Part shown: piece by piece, positions 16,603-25,479 of the stretch
Position numbering within the stretch: position 1 is the stretch's first letter
How the letters are laid out: the number at the start of each line of letters is the position of its first letter
Source of the DNA: an uncultured Rickettsiales bacterium
GTDB taxonomy: Bacteria; Pseudomonadota; Alphaproteobacteria; Rickettsiales; CAZAGG01
NCBI GenBank assembly: GCA_964439415.1
Contig: CAYTOJ010000001.1
Location: forward strand, 3,680-38,009
Length of the DNA: 34,330 bases
Direction: 5' to 3'
Position numbers and translations under genes: made by a program
The notes under the pieces: model-generated
The model's database searches: none
Told to the model about the DNA's origin: nothing
The model's input: the letters and a program-made list of their open reading frames with translations, nothing else

Positions 16603-17988
16603 TTAGATTTTATCAGGCTTGCCAGCGATACCGAGCACCAGAGCATCCGGTTTTATCAGTTGTTTAGCCATTTTATTAACATCCTCCAGCGTTACCGCTT
16701 CAATCAGGGCGTTACGCTTATCAAGATAATCCATGCCTAGATCGTATTTCTGCATAACCCCCAGAAAATAGGCGATTTTTGCGTTGGTATCCAGCACCAG
16801 CGGGAATGATCCTGTAATGTAGCTTTTTGCATCCTTAAGTTCATCCTCAGTCACACCCTTTTCCGCCAGCAGTGTGAGTTGTTCACTCACTTTATCCAGT
16901 GCCATTTTTACATCGGAATTTTTGGTACTGAATGAGCCTTGCAGGTAGGCTGATCCGTCCAGAGTCTCAGAGCTTGCGCTGATGCCATAAGTAAGGCCGT
17001 TCTTCTCGCGCAATTCCCGCATCAGGCGCGAAGTAAAACCACCACCGCCAACTATATGATTCAGCACAAAAGATGTGATATAATCAGGGTGCTGCCTGGG
17101 TAGCCACGGCAGACCAAATATCACGATGCTTTGCGGAATATCCCGTTCGGTTATTTCCATACCGGGCGTTGGTTTCACAGGCTCCGGCAAGGCTGATACT
17201 TGGCTTGCTTGAGATAGTTTTATACCTGCGAAGGCATTGTTTAAAAGCTGCTTCAGATCATCAGGCTTAATATCCCCCACTACGGAAATGATTATACCAT
17301 CCCTCAGATTAAACAGGTTGCTGCGTTGTTTTTCCAGATCAGCCCTGGTGACTGAGTTCACGCTTTTATCATTTGGGTAATGCGCCCAGCCATAGGCGTG
17401 ATTGCCGAAAAACTTTTTCCGCCATATTTTCTCAGCACTGAATGCCGGTTGCTGTTCCTGGCTTTTAAGATCACTAAGCAGATTGGCCTTAGCCAGTGTT
17501 AGTTCCTTGCTGTTAAATGCAGGCTTAGCCAATGAAAGGCCAAGCAGGTGGAATGCTTCCTGCCTGTTTGTGCTTAAGGTTTTTAGAGTTACAACAAAAT
17601 CGTCCTCATCAGCTTCATAGCCAAGCTCTATCGCCAGTTCATCCAGACGGGCGTTGAAGGCTCTTGAATCCAGGTTGCCAGCGCCTTTCGTCAGCATTCT
17701 TGCCAGTAACTGCGTGACCCCGGCCTTTATTGGTGGCTCATAGGCGTAACCTGATCGGCGGAAGATAATATTAGCCGATATAACAGGAACGGACGAATCC
17801 TCAATCAACCAGGCACTGAGGCCATTATCCGCCTGCACTTCCACTGGTTTTGCTGCATGGGCTGGAAGTAACGGCAGGAAAAAAATAATGAGAAACAAGG
17901 CTACAAAAACCGCAAACCTGACACTAAAGCCTTCAGGTTTTTGGCTTGTAGGTTCAGGCTTCAGTTTTTTTTTCATATCCATTCTCAT
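16603..17988 (-). CDS. M16 family (pitrilysin-like) peptidase, non-catalytic-type subunit
   Basis: 461-aa ORF with a signal/anchor segment and M16 fold similarity. It lacks HxxEH and overlaps the upstream M16 gene by 4 nt. Confidence 0.82.
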   Translation of the reverse strand: MRMDMKKKLKPEPTSQKPEGFSVRFAVFVALFLIIFFLPLLPAHAAKPVEVQADNGLSAWLIEDSSVPVISANIIFRRSGYAYEPPIKAGVTQLLARMLTKGAGNLDSRAFNARLDELAIELGYEADEDDFVVTLKTLSTNRQEAFHLLGLSLAKPAFNSKELTLAKANLLSDLKSQEQQPAFSAEKIWRKKFFGNHAYGWAHYPNDKSVNSVTRADLEKQRSNLFNLRDGIIISVVGDIKPDDLKQLLNNAFAGIKLSQASQVSALPEPVKPTPGMEITERDIPQSIVIFGLPWLPRQHPDYITSFVLNHIVGGGGFTSRLMRELREKNGLTYGISASSETLDGSAYLQGSFSTKNSDVKMALDKVSEQLTLLAEKGVTEDELKDAKSYITGSFPLVLDTNAKIAYFLGVMQKYDLGMDYLDKRNALIEAVTLEDVNKMAKQLIKPDALVLGIAGKPDKI

Positions 17989-19340
17989 TTACTGCCATCC
18001 GGCAGAAGGTAGCCGGCAACTGAAGTTTTGTGTTCAAATAGGTGTCGTGCTGCTTGCTGCACATCCTCAACCTTCACCGCATCCAGCTTGTCCTGCCAGG
18101 TGGTTATGTAATCAAGATCAAGGCCGGAGGTAAGGGAGAAGCCAACGAATCTGGCCATGCGAAACAGCCCCTCCTGCCCATATATAAGCTGCGCCGCCAT
18201 TTTGTTTTTCGCCCGCTGCAAATCCGGCTGACTGATAGCGCTGGTGTAGGATTTGCGGGTTTCTTCATCAATTATCGTATTGATTTTATCCATGTACTCA
18301 GCCTTCAATGGCACTGCCCCAAGCGTAAAAACTGACTTGCTCAGGCTGGCGTTATCATAACTGGCGAATACTTCCGTAGCCAGCTTCTCCTTCTCCACCA
18401 GCCGCTCATATAACCTTCCGGTATAATCAGCTCCCAGCAGGTATTCCAGAACCAGCAGGGGAATACCGTGCGCGGCATCGCTGCCAGTACTACCGGGAGC
18501 TTGATACATGCGGTAAATAGCCGATTGTTTTGCCTCGCTATTACGCAAAGTGATTTCTGCGGAAGCTTTAGGTTCCAAAACCATGTTGCGCGCTTTAACC
18601 GGCTTTTCACCTGCTGGTATTACCCCGTAATATTGATTGGCCAGCTTCTCCAACTGCTCACGGCTAATATCCCCCGCAACTATGAGCGTGGCATTGGAAG
18701 GGTTGTAATAGCGTTTATAGAAACTCCTCAGATCATCCAGGGTGAGGCTTTCTATTTCATTATCAAAGCCGATAATCGGGCGGCCATATTCGTGATTGCG
18801 AAACAGTACTGCCCGCATTTCATCAGTCAGTAGGCGCGTGGGGTTGTTATCCAGCACCTGGCGGCGTTCCTCACGGATAACTTTTTTCTCGTTTTTAAAT
18901 TGCTCCGCGTCCAGTTTCAGGTGCGTCATCCGCTCAGCTTCAAGTTCCATCACCAGGGGCAGTTTATCGCTGGATATGTTCTGAAAAAAAGCAATCTGGT
19001 CGTAACTGGTGAAGGCGTTGTCATGCCCACCGTTACGCGCTACCGTTTTGGAAAAATCACCAGGTAATATTTTCTCCGACCCCCGGAACATCATATGTTC
19101 CAGAAAGTGCGCCGCGCCTGACTTTCCCCACGCATCCTCAGCCGCCCCGGCATAATACCATACTGAGTGACTGACTGCCGGAACCTTGTGGTTTGGAATA
19201 TAAACCACTTTCATTCCATTAGCCAGATCCCAGCTTTCTATTTTTAAGCTCTCTTCAGCATTTACAACCGGAGTATACAGGGCGAATATCACTGATAAGG
19301 CAGCGGCTTTTATGCACCACTTACTGTTATTTCTTATCAC
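17985..19340 (-). CDS. M16 family zinc peptidase (catalytic HxxEH present)
   Basis: 451-aa ORF with a signal peptide and the inverted zinc motif GAAHFLEHMMFRGS, followed by the downstream E of the M16 signature. Confidence 0.88.
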   Translation of the reverse strand: MIRNNSKWCIKAAALSVIFALYTPVVNAEESLKIESWDLANGMKVVYIPNHKVPAVSHSVWYYAGAAEDAWGKSGAAHFLEHMMFRGSEKILPGDFSKTVARNGGHDNAFTSYDQIAFFQNISSDKLPLVMELEAERMTHLKLDAEQFKNEKKVIREERRQVLDNNPTRLLTDEMRAVLFRNHEYGRPIIGFDNEIESLTLDDLRSFYKRYYNPSNATLIVAGDISREQLEKLANQYYGVIPAGEKPVKARNMVLEPKASAEITLRNSEAKQSAIYRMYQAPGSTGSDAAHGIPLLVLEYLLGADYTGRLYERLVEKEKLATEVFASYDNASLSKSVFTLGAVPLKAEYMDKINTIIDEETRKSYTSAISQPDLQRAKNKMAAQLIYGQEGLFRMARFVGFSLTSGLDLDYITTWQDKLDAVKVEDVQQAARHLFEHKTSVAGYLLPDGSK

Positions 19341-19743
19341 TTACTTTTTCCTGTTGCGGCTTTTTGGAATCGCCACCAAGTTTAATGCTGGGAAAAGATT
19401 TTTTAGAAGATTCCTTTTTCTGCGCCGCGTTTTCCTCATCCACCGTATTGCGTATGCTGCTATCTGCCTGCGCTGCCCCGACTTTCTGCAATAGATTCCT
19501 CTCAGCGCCGGATAACGAGTTTATCGGCTTTGCAGGCATAGTAACAGGGCTGGCTGCTTCCCCAGTTTTTGGCGGGGTCAGGTCAAAATCCGGCGGAACG
19601 GATAAAGGCGGGTTCGGCAACACGCTGAATTCATCCGGGGCTTCGTTGGCAATGCCTAAAGTCTCCCGCACTGACGAGCCATCGCACCCGGCCAGTATTC
19701 CAACGCTAACCAGCAGAAAAGCTGTTTTGATAAATTTATCCAT
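19327..19743 (-). CDS. DUF3035-type lipoprotein
   Basis: 138-aa ORF with lipobox LAGC, then APDEFSVLPNPPLSVPPDFDL.PP, which is typical of DUF3035. It lies immediately downstream of lspA, as is common in Alphaproteobacteria. Confidence 0.78.
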   Translation of the reverse strand: MDKFIKTAFLLVSVGILAGCDGSSVRETLGIANEAPDEFSVLPNPPLSVPPDFDLTPPKTGEAASPVTMPAKPINSLSGAERNLLQKVGAAQADSSIRNTVDEENAAQKKESSKKSFPSIKLGGDSKKPQQEKVSDKK

Positions 19744-20233
19744 GATCCGTTTTTTTAAATGATTCTAGGATTAATAACGCCACGCCGATGAATATGCAAC
19801 TATCGGCGATATTAAATGCAGGCCAGTGATAAATTCCGATATGAAAGTCGAAGAAATCAGCCACCGCCCCGTATAAAAATCTGTCTATGGTATTGCCTAT
19901 AGCGCCACCGCAGATCAAAGCATAAGAAACGGCATTATAAAGCGCAGGATTTTTCGTATACAAATCTATTATAAAACAGGTGATAAGCAGCGCGCCGAGA
20001 ATAAGCAGAAACGGCATCAACTGCCCGGCGTTTGAGAACATGCCGAAGCTTACCCCCTTGTTCCACACCATCACCAGGTTGAAAAACGGCAGGATATTTA
20101 TAGCTTGTTGCGTCTCTGCAAGCAGGGAAATCAGATATTGCTTGGATAGCTGATCCAGGAATATGGTCAGCAGCATCAGGCTTATAAATATTTTATTATT
20201 CCTGCTGCGCAAATGCTGCTTTTGCTCCCTCAA
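19736..20233 (-). CDS. lspA: Lipoprotein signal peptidase (signal peptidase II)
   Basis: 165-aa ORF with four TM segments and the motifs DQLSK, NKGVSFG, GGAIGNTIDR and FNIAD. Confidence 0.92.
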   Translation of the reverse strand: MREQKQHLRSRNNKIFISLMLLTIFLDQLSKQYLISLLAETQQAINILPFFNLVMVWNKGVSFGMFSNAGQLMPFLLILGALLITCFIIDLYTKNPALYNAVSYALICGGAIGNTIDRFLYGAVADFFDFHIGIYHWPAFNIADSCIFIGVALLILESFKKTDHG

Positions 20234-21161
20234 TATCCAGGCTTATCTGCTTCGCCAGTTGTGGCAAATCATCGAACTTTCTTTCACTGCGGATATACTC
20301 CAGAAATTCCAGCTCTAAGCGCATACCGTATAAAGACTTCTGCGCAAAATTCAACAGGTGCGCTTCCAGAGAATGATTTCTTCCGTCAACTGTGGGTTTC
20401 ATACCAAGGTTAGCCACTGCCTGAAATTTCTGCCCGGAAACATATGCATAACAGGCATACACACCATTCGGCGGGAGTATTATTGAACGCGGCAGGTTGA
20501 TATTGGCAGTTGGGAAGCCGATTGTGCGACCCTGCTTGCGTCCCGTGAGAACCTTGCCTGTAAGGGAGTATGGCCGCCCCAGCATTAGCCTTATTCCATC
20601 CATATTGCCTTGCCGGATATATTGCCTGAGGTCAGTTGAGGAATATTTAGCACCTGTTAAAGCCTGCCGTTCAGCACTAACAGAGGTATAGCCGAAAGTA
20701 CCGACGGATGCATATTTCTGCAGCATTTCCGGCGCGCCCTGGCGTTTGAACCCGAATGCGAAATCATCTCCGGTGACTATATGTCCGGCGTGCAGGGCGC
20801 GAATTAAAATATCCTGGATAAAAGTCTCGGCGCTCATCCGGCTTAAGCTTTGATTAAACCGCAGCGCGAAGAAAATCTCCGCCCCTATTTTCTTCAGGCT
20901 ACAGGCTTTATCATAGAAGCTTTGAATCCTGATAGTATGGTCATTTTTATTGTGTACAAGGTTCCCCTGCCGCAGAAAGAAAGCCCTGGGGTGAGGCTCA
21001 AAACTTAAAACAGCGAATGCAAGATTTTCCCGCTCCGCAATTTTCTGTGCCGTGCTTAGTACTTTTAAATGCCCCAGATGCAGACCGTCAAAATTGCCAA
21101 TCGCTAATACTGCTGGCCTGGCCAGAAGCGCGGCTTTCTCAATATCCCTGATTATGAGCAT
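20196..21161 (-). CDS. ribF: Bifunctional riboflavin kinase / FMN adenylyltransferase
   Basis: 321-aa ORF with GNFDGLHLGH, FEPHP and GFPTANI, plus a C-terminal riboflavin kinase domain. Confidence 0.93.
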   Translation of the reverse strand: MLIIRDIEKAALLARPAVLAIGNFDGLHLGHLKVLSTAQKIAERENLAFAVLSFEPHPRAFFLRQGNLVHNKNDHTIRIQSFYDKACSLKKIGAEIFFALRFNQSLSRMSAETFIQDILIRALHAGHIVTGDDFAFGFKRQGAPEMLQKYASVGTFGYTSVSAERQALTGAKYSSTDLRQYIRQGNMDGIRLMLGRPYSLTGKVLTGRKQGRTIGFPTANINLPRSIILPPNGVYACYAYVSGQKFQAVANLGMKPTVDGRNHSLEAHLLNFAQKSLYGMRLELEFLEYIRSERKFDDLPQLAKQISLDIEGAKAAFAQQE

Positions 21162-21185
21162 AGCCGCTTATGTAAAAAATTACGT

Positions 21186-21360
21186 AACTCCCCAGGTGGT
21201 CTGCTGTCGTAAATATACATTGCTTGTCTCCCCCACCGCGAGCATAGGGGGATTAAGGGGGAGGAATGTGTTGGTACTACGGGAAGAAGAAAGATCCCCC
21301 CCCCTAGCCCCCTTTGTGCCCGGTGGGGGAAGCCGAGAGGCAGTACCGATACTTGGGCAG
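21186..21360. repeat. Family-B G/C-tract element, long copy, with internal 10-bp inverted arms and a C9 tract
   Basis: It shares TTGCTTGTCTCCCCC and CATAGGGGGATTAAGGGGGA exactly with the reverse complement of 34251-34300. Arms TCCCCCACCG (21229-38) and CGGTGGGGGA (21321-30) are inverted. The C9 tract is at 21296-21304. Outer boundaries are approximate. Confidence 0.6.
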
Positions 21361-21368
21361 TTAAAAAA

Positions 21369-21971
21369 TTATTTAGAAAGCCCATTGATTTTTTTGCTGA
21401 GCAGTTCATTAAGCTTGGCTATACCACCCTGATTCAGCACTGAAGAAAATTCTGAGCGCTGCGTGGTAAGCAGGCTTACGCCTTCAACTACCATGTCCAC
21501 TATTTTAGGTGCGCCGTTATTATTATACACCCGGTAGTTAACGCTGATAGGCGCTTTTCCTGGCCGTTCAATCTGCGTGCTTACCACTTGCTGCCCGTCC
21601 CCCTCAGCTCGAACATTCAGGATTTTAAAACCCACGGATGTATAATCCTCAACCCGTGAAGTGTAGGTAAGGAGCAGAAACTGGCGGTAGAGATTTATAA
21701 ACTCCCGGCGCTGTTCTTCAGTTGCGCTACGGTTGAAACGCCCAAGCACATATTTACCAACCCAGTCAAAATCCACGGAATTATTGATGATCTCGCCCAG
21801 CGCCTGCCTTTTCTGCTGCGGTGTAGAATCCTTTTTAGAGACAGCTTCCACGGCCTGCCTGCCAAGTTCACTCACGAACTGTCTGGATGCATCACCGTCG
21901 CCTTGAGTATTGGCGAGAGCAGAGGTTGAGAACGTCAGCAGAAGTACAAAAAACGCGAAAAACCTATTCAT
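21369..21971 (-). CDS. mlaC: Phospholipid-binding periplasmic protein MlaC/Ttg2D family
   Basis: 200-aa ORF with a signal peptide and Tgt2/MlaC-type sequence (DFDWVGKYVLGRFNRSATEEQRREF, Y.....Y, VDMVVEGVSL..T.R.EF). Confidence 0.82.
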   Translation of the reverse strand: MNRFFAFFVLLLTFSTSALANTQGDGDASRQFVSELGRQAVEAVSKKDSTPQQKRQALGEIINNSVDFDWVGKYVLGRFNRSATEEQRREFINLYRQFLLLTYTSRVEDYTSVGFKILNVRAEGDGQQVVSTQIERPGKAPISVNYRVYNNNGAPKIVDMVVEGVSLLTTQRSEFSSVLNQGGIAKLNELLSKKINGLSK

Positions 21972-22136
21972 TGATCTAAACCCGATAGTTTAACAAGTAA
22001 CCTTAGATAGCAGCATCATACCGCCTATGCATCAAAAAAACTGCGGCTTGTCCATGACGCTATATTGAAAAATTACTTCCTAAGTCGTAATAATATTTTT
22101 ACAATGATATGTATATAATGTCCTTCAGGGGAATTA

Positions 22137-22391
22137 ATGTCTGATCTGGAAAAGGAAATAACCGTATATAATAAGCAACTGCCATCCTTGCTTAAGGATG
22201 AAGGTAAGTTTGTTGTTATTTATGGCGAAGATATAATAGGCGTCTACAGCGCTTATGACGATGCTTTAAAGGCTGGGTATGAAAAAGCGCTTCTAAATCC
22301 TTTTTTAGTAAAAAAAATCAGAGGTACTGAATTAATAGCGCACTTTACGAGAGAAATAATCCCCCGTGCCTCACATAACAGCGATAATTGA
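22137..22391 (+). CDS. Small hypothetical protein (84 aa), antitoxin-like size, first gene of a two-gene cassette
   Basis: AGGGGA lies 5 nt upstream of the ATG. The core EGKFVVIYGEDIIGVYSAYDDALKAGYE..LLNPFLVKKI is conserved-looking, but I could not assign a family with confidence. It overlaps the next ORF by 26 nt. Confidence 0.6.
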   Translation: MSDLEKEITVYNKQLPSLLKDEGKFVVIYGEDIIGVYSAYDDALKAGYEKALLNPFLVKKIRGTELIAHFTREIIPRASHNSDN

Positions 22392-22818
22392 GGGGCATGG
22401 CCCCGTCATTACGGCATATATCGGCCTAAGCTTTCATAGGGCTACGGCTATGCGTTCTGCTGGAAAAACTGTTCCCAATTTCCTGCCATGTAATTTATTA
22501 ATAGATACAGGGGCGAGTGCAACTTGTGTGGATATAAGTTTGATTAGAGCACTTAGTTTAAGTCCAACGGGAAGCAGTCCTATACACACCCCATCCACCG
22601 GCTCCACCCCGCACTTCGTGAATACATACGATATATCATTGATTATCCCGGGGAATGGAAATACCTCCGGGCAACCAAAAGTCATCGAGGCTCTACCCAT
22701 AATGGAGTGTAATTTTGAAACACAATCTATAGATGGTCTTCTAGGCAGAGATGTGCTTTCACAGTCAAGGATGATATACAGCGGCCATGATGATATGGTA
22801 ATGCTTAGTATTATTTAG
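22366..22818 (+). CDS. Retropepsin-like (clan AA) aspartic protease
   Basis: 150-aa ORF with a GTG start. It has the catalytic LLIDTGASATCVD motif and the C-terminal IDGLLGRDVL motif typical of single-lobe bacterial retropepsin-like proteases. Confidence 0.75.
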   Translation: MPHITAIIEGHGPVITAYIGLSFHRATAMRSAGKTVPNFLPCNLLIDTGASATCVDISLIRALSLSPTGSSPIHTPSTGSTPHFVNTYDISLIIPGNGNTSGQPKVIEALPIMECNFETQSIDGLLGRDVLSQSRMIYSGHDDMVMLSII

Positions 22819-22819
22819 C

Positions 22820-22855
22820 TATACCTACCGCACTTCAAGAGTGCGATTAGGTATA
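22820..22855. repeat. Family-A palindrome copy (possible terminator between convergent genes)
   Basis: Sequence is TATACCTACCGCAC-TTCAAGA-GTGCGATTAGGTATA followed by TCTTTTATGTTTCTTC. It fills the 41-nt gap between the protease stop and the ntrY stop. Confidence 0.75.
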
Positions 22856-22859
22856 TCTT

Positions 22860-25001
22860 TTATGTTTCTTCTATAGCAAAAGAAGCTTTTGCGCCGCCTT
22901 GGGGCTGGTTCTCAAGTTTCAGTTCGCCGCCGTGTTCCTCGATGATTTTTTTCACTATGGCCAGCCCCAGCCCTGTACCTTTTTCCTTGGTTGTAACATA
23001 CGGTTCGGTCAGGCGGTGCATCATGTCCTGCGGGTAGCCCCTGCCGTTATCGCAGATTTCAACACGGCAATGATGATCTATTACTTGTATGCTCATATGG
23101 ATTGCAGGAGAGAAATCCGCGCCGCGCATGGCCGCTTCCTCAGTCAGTGCTTCCGCCGCATTTTTCAGCAGGTTGGTAAACACCTGGCCGATATGCCCTT
23201 CATCCCCTTCAATTATAATTTCAGGCTCCGCAGCTTCTAAATGAAATGCTACTTCCGGGGCGGCGGTTTCCTGAGTGAAAATTGAGCGGCGGGCGAGGCC
23301 AACGATATTAAACGCCTGCTTGCGCGGTGCTGGCATTCTGGCAAAGCCCACGAATTCCTCAACCATCCGGCCTATATCCTTCACATGGCGGGTTATGGTG
23401 TCGAGGTATTTATTGAAGCTTTCTTTCTCCTCATGCAGCGTTGGCTCAAATTTACGTTTGAGTCGCTCCGCCGAAAGCTGGATGGGGGTGAGCGGATTCT
23501 TCATTTCGTGCGCTACCCGCCGCGCAATATCCGACCATGCCGCGCTGCGTTTGGCACTCACCAGACCTGTGATATCATCGAAAGTGATAATAGCGCCGTA
23601 AGGCTCGCCTTTAGTTGCATCCGGGACTGCACGCACCAGCAGCATAATCACCCGCCCGGCGCGGTTCAGGGTTATCTCCTGCTCCTGCCTGCGCGCTTTG
23701 GAAGCCGCGTCTCTCGCTATTAACGAGAATTCCGGTAATATGTCAGCCAGATTAACCCCTTCAAATGAGGCTTCCTCAAGCCCCAGGATATTACATGCCT
23801 GTGGGTTGATCAAAGTGACACCAAGATTATGATCCAGCGCAATCACCCCGGCGGAAATGCCTGACAGCACTGTTTCAATAAAAAAACGCCGCGATTCTAA
23901 CAGATGGTTGGAATCCATCAGTTTCTGCCTTTGCTCCTCAATTTCCGCTGCCATGCGGTTGAATGAGCGCGCCAGGTTGGATATTTCATCCTTCCTGCTG
24001 CCTACCTCAATACGCGCCGTAAAATCACCATCCTTAATCTTCTCCGATGCGATGATGAGCTTACCAATAGGGCGGATAAGCTGACCTGAGTATTTAACGC
24101 CATAATGCACGGCCAATAACACCATCAGCACTGAAAACATGGTGAACAGCACTAAAACCTTACGCTGCAACTGTTCAATCCTGCTTTTTACCAGTACATA
24201 TTCAGCTACTGCGCCTTTAGCGCCCTGCATGTATTCTAAAACCCTGGCATCTATAAAACGCCCCGTGACCAGGTAAGTATCCGCACTATCCAGCGCCACT
24301 ACGGCGCGCACCCTGTCCCCCTGCTCGGCAGGCAGAACCGCAACCTCCCCTTCCCTCGCCTTATCGAAAGCCTCCCTGGGCAATTGATCAAAACTGAGTG
24401 AGAAGCTTAAATCAGTCTGCGCGATAATTCTGCCGCCGCTGATTACCACCGCTTCAGTGAGGGAACGCAGTGCCGCCTGGCCTGAGACAATACGGCTGAA
24501 GAATTTGGGATTGCTGTAGGCCATACCGATTTCCCGGTTAAGGTCGCCCGCCATGGCAGTTGCATCCGCCCGGAGTATCTCCACATGCTCCTTAAGGTAT
24601 GCCTCCGCTACTTCGGTAGAGCTTTCCAGCGCGGTGGAGACCCGCTCATCAAACCAGCTTTTTATGCCGTAGTTAAAGAATATGGCGGAGAATATCGTGA
24701 CAATCGCCGCCGGAAGCAACGCCACCAGGCAGAAACGCGAAATAACCCGGCTTTGCAGGCTGCCGCCCGCTATCCCGCGCCTGACTCCCGCCATCATCCG
24801 CAGTATGTTATATAAAAGTAATGCAGATAGCGCGGCGATAAAGAAAACATCCAGCCAGATCAGTTTATCAAGCCTCGCCAGGGCGGACTGGCTGGGAACA
24901 CCACGGCTATGCAGCGCGTAGAACGTTATCACCGCTGAACATACTGTGCCTGATGTCAGTACCAGCGATACTACTTTAGGAATTTTATAGGCTGCTATCA
25001 T
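22860..25001 (-). CDS. ntrY: Sensor histidine kinase, NtrY-type (TM-HAMP-PAS-HisKA-HATPase)
   Basis: 713-aa ORF with N-terminal TM helices, a HAMP domain and a PAS domain. The H-box AWSDIARRVAHEMKNPLTPIQLSAERL is characteristic of NtrY. N and G boxes are present (NLLKNAAEA, DNGRG, GTGLGLAIVKKIIEEHGG). Confidence 0.87.
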   Translation of the reverse strand: MIAAYKIPKVVSLVLTSGTVCSAVITFYALHSRGVPSQSALARLDKLIWLDVFFIAALSALLLYNILRMMAGVRRGIAGGSLQSRVISRFCLVALLPAAIVTIFSAIFFNYGIKSWFDERVSTALESSTEVAEAYLKEHVEILRADATAMAGDLNREIGMAYSNPKFFSRIVSGQAALRSLTEAVVISGGRIIAQTDLSFSLSFDQLPREAFDKAREGEVAVLPAEQGDRVRAVVALDSADTYLVTGRFIDARVLEYMQGAKGAVAEYVLVKSRIEQLQRKVLVLFTMFSVLMVLLAVHYGVKYSGQLIRPIGKLIIASEKIKDGDFTARIEVGSRKDEISNLARSFNRMAAEIEEQRQKLMDSNHLLESRRFFIETVLSGISAGVIALDHNLGVTLINPQACNILGLEEASFEGVNLADILPEFSLIARDAASKARRQEQEITLNRAGRVIMLLVRAVPDATKGEPYGAIITFDDITGLVSAKRSAAWSDIARRVAHEMKNPLTPIQLSAERLKRKFEPTLHEEKESFNKYLDTITRHVKDIGRMVEEFVGFARMPAPRKQAFNIVGLARRSIFTQETAAPEVAFHLEAAEPEIIIEGDEGHIGQVFTNLLKNAAEALTEEAAMRGADFSPAIHMSIQVIDHHCRVEICDNGRGYPQDMMHRLTEPYVTTKEKGTGLGLAIVKKIIEEHGGELKLENQPQGGAKASFAIEET

Positions 25002-25002
25002 C

Positions 25003-25479
25003 CTAACCTGTAATCTGACTATATACCAGAGTACGCATCAATAGCGCATTTTCCGGTGGGTTGGATTTATAATAGCCTTCCCGCCGCGCATATTCTCTGA
25101 AATTAAACTGTTTATATAAATTAAGGGCAGGGATGTTCTGCTCTGATACTTCCAGAAAAACCTTTGGGATATTAAACATACGTGCAGTAGCCAGGCAGTC
25201 AGACAGCAGCATCTTCGCCGCACCGCTGCGGCGCGCATGAACGGCGCTGCACAGGTCAATAACCTCAATCTCATCACAGGTTATCCGCCAGATTATAAAA
25301 CCTGTAATCTCCTGATGTTCAGCGGAATTTTCCCTGCAGGCCAACGTTACGGTATAAGTTTTATCTGCCACAACATTGCGCATAGGCTGGATGCCCCGCC
25401 ATGGAAAACATGAAGCATATATTTCCAGGATGTTCTCTGTGTAGTCCGGCTTGAACGGAATCAGGATCGCAGCAGACAT
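25003..25479 (-). CDS. rimI: GNAT N-acetyltransferase, RimI-like (ribosomal-protein-alanine acetyltransferase)
   Basis: 158-aa ORF with GNAT motif A (VHARRSGAAKMLL), LEVSEQNIPALNLYKQFNF and RREGYY. Confidence 0.75.
   Translation of the reverse strand: MSAAILIPFKPDYTENILEIYASCFPWRGIQPMRNVVADKTYTVTLACRENSAEHQEITGFIIWRITCDEIEVIDLCSAVHARRSGAAKMLLSDCLATARMFNIPKVFLEVSEQNIPALNLYKQFNFREYARREGYYKSNPPENALLMRTLVYSQITG

Noticed and set aside
17965-17973. A9 tract (T9 on the plus strand) at the 5' end of the second M16 peptidase gene
   Set aside because: It encodes the Lys run of the signal-peptide n-region (MKKKL), and several alternative in-frame Met codons are nearby. Without population data this is a weak phase-variation candidate.
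21152-21409. 85-aa minus-strand ORF (and 21052-21432 plus-strand) across the ribF-mlaC spacer
   Set aside because: Both run through the family-B repeat with G/C homopolymers and overlap the ends of real genes. They are probably artefacts of repeat composition.
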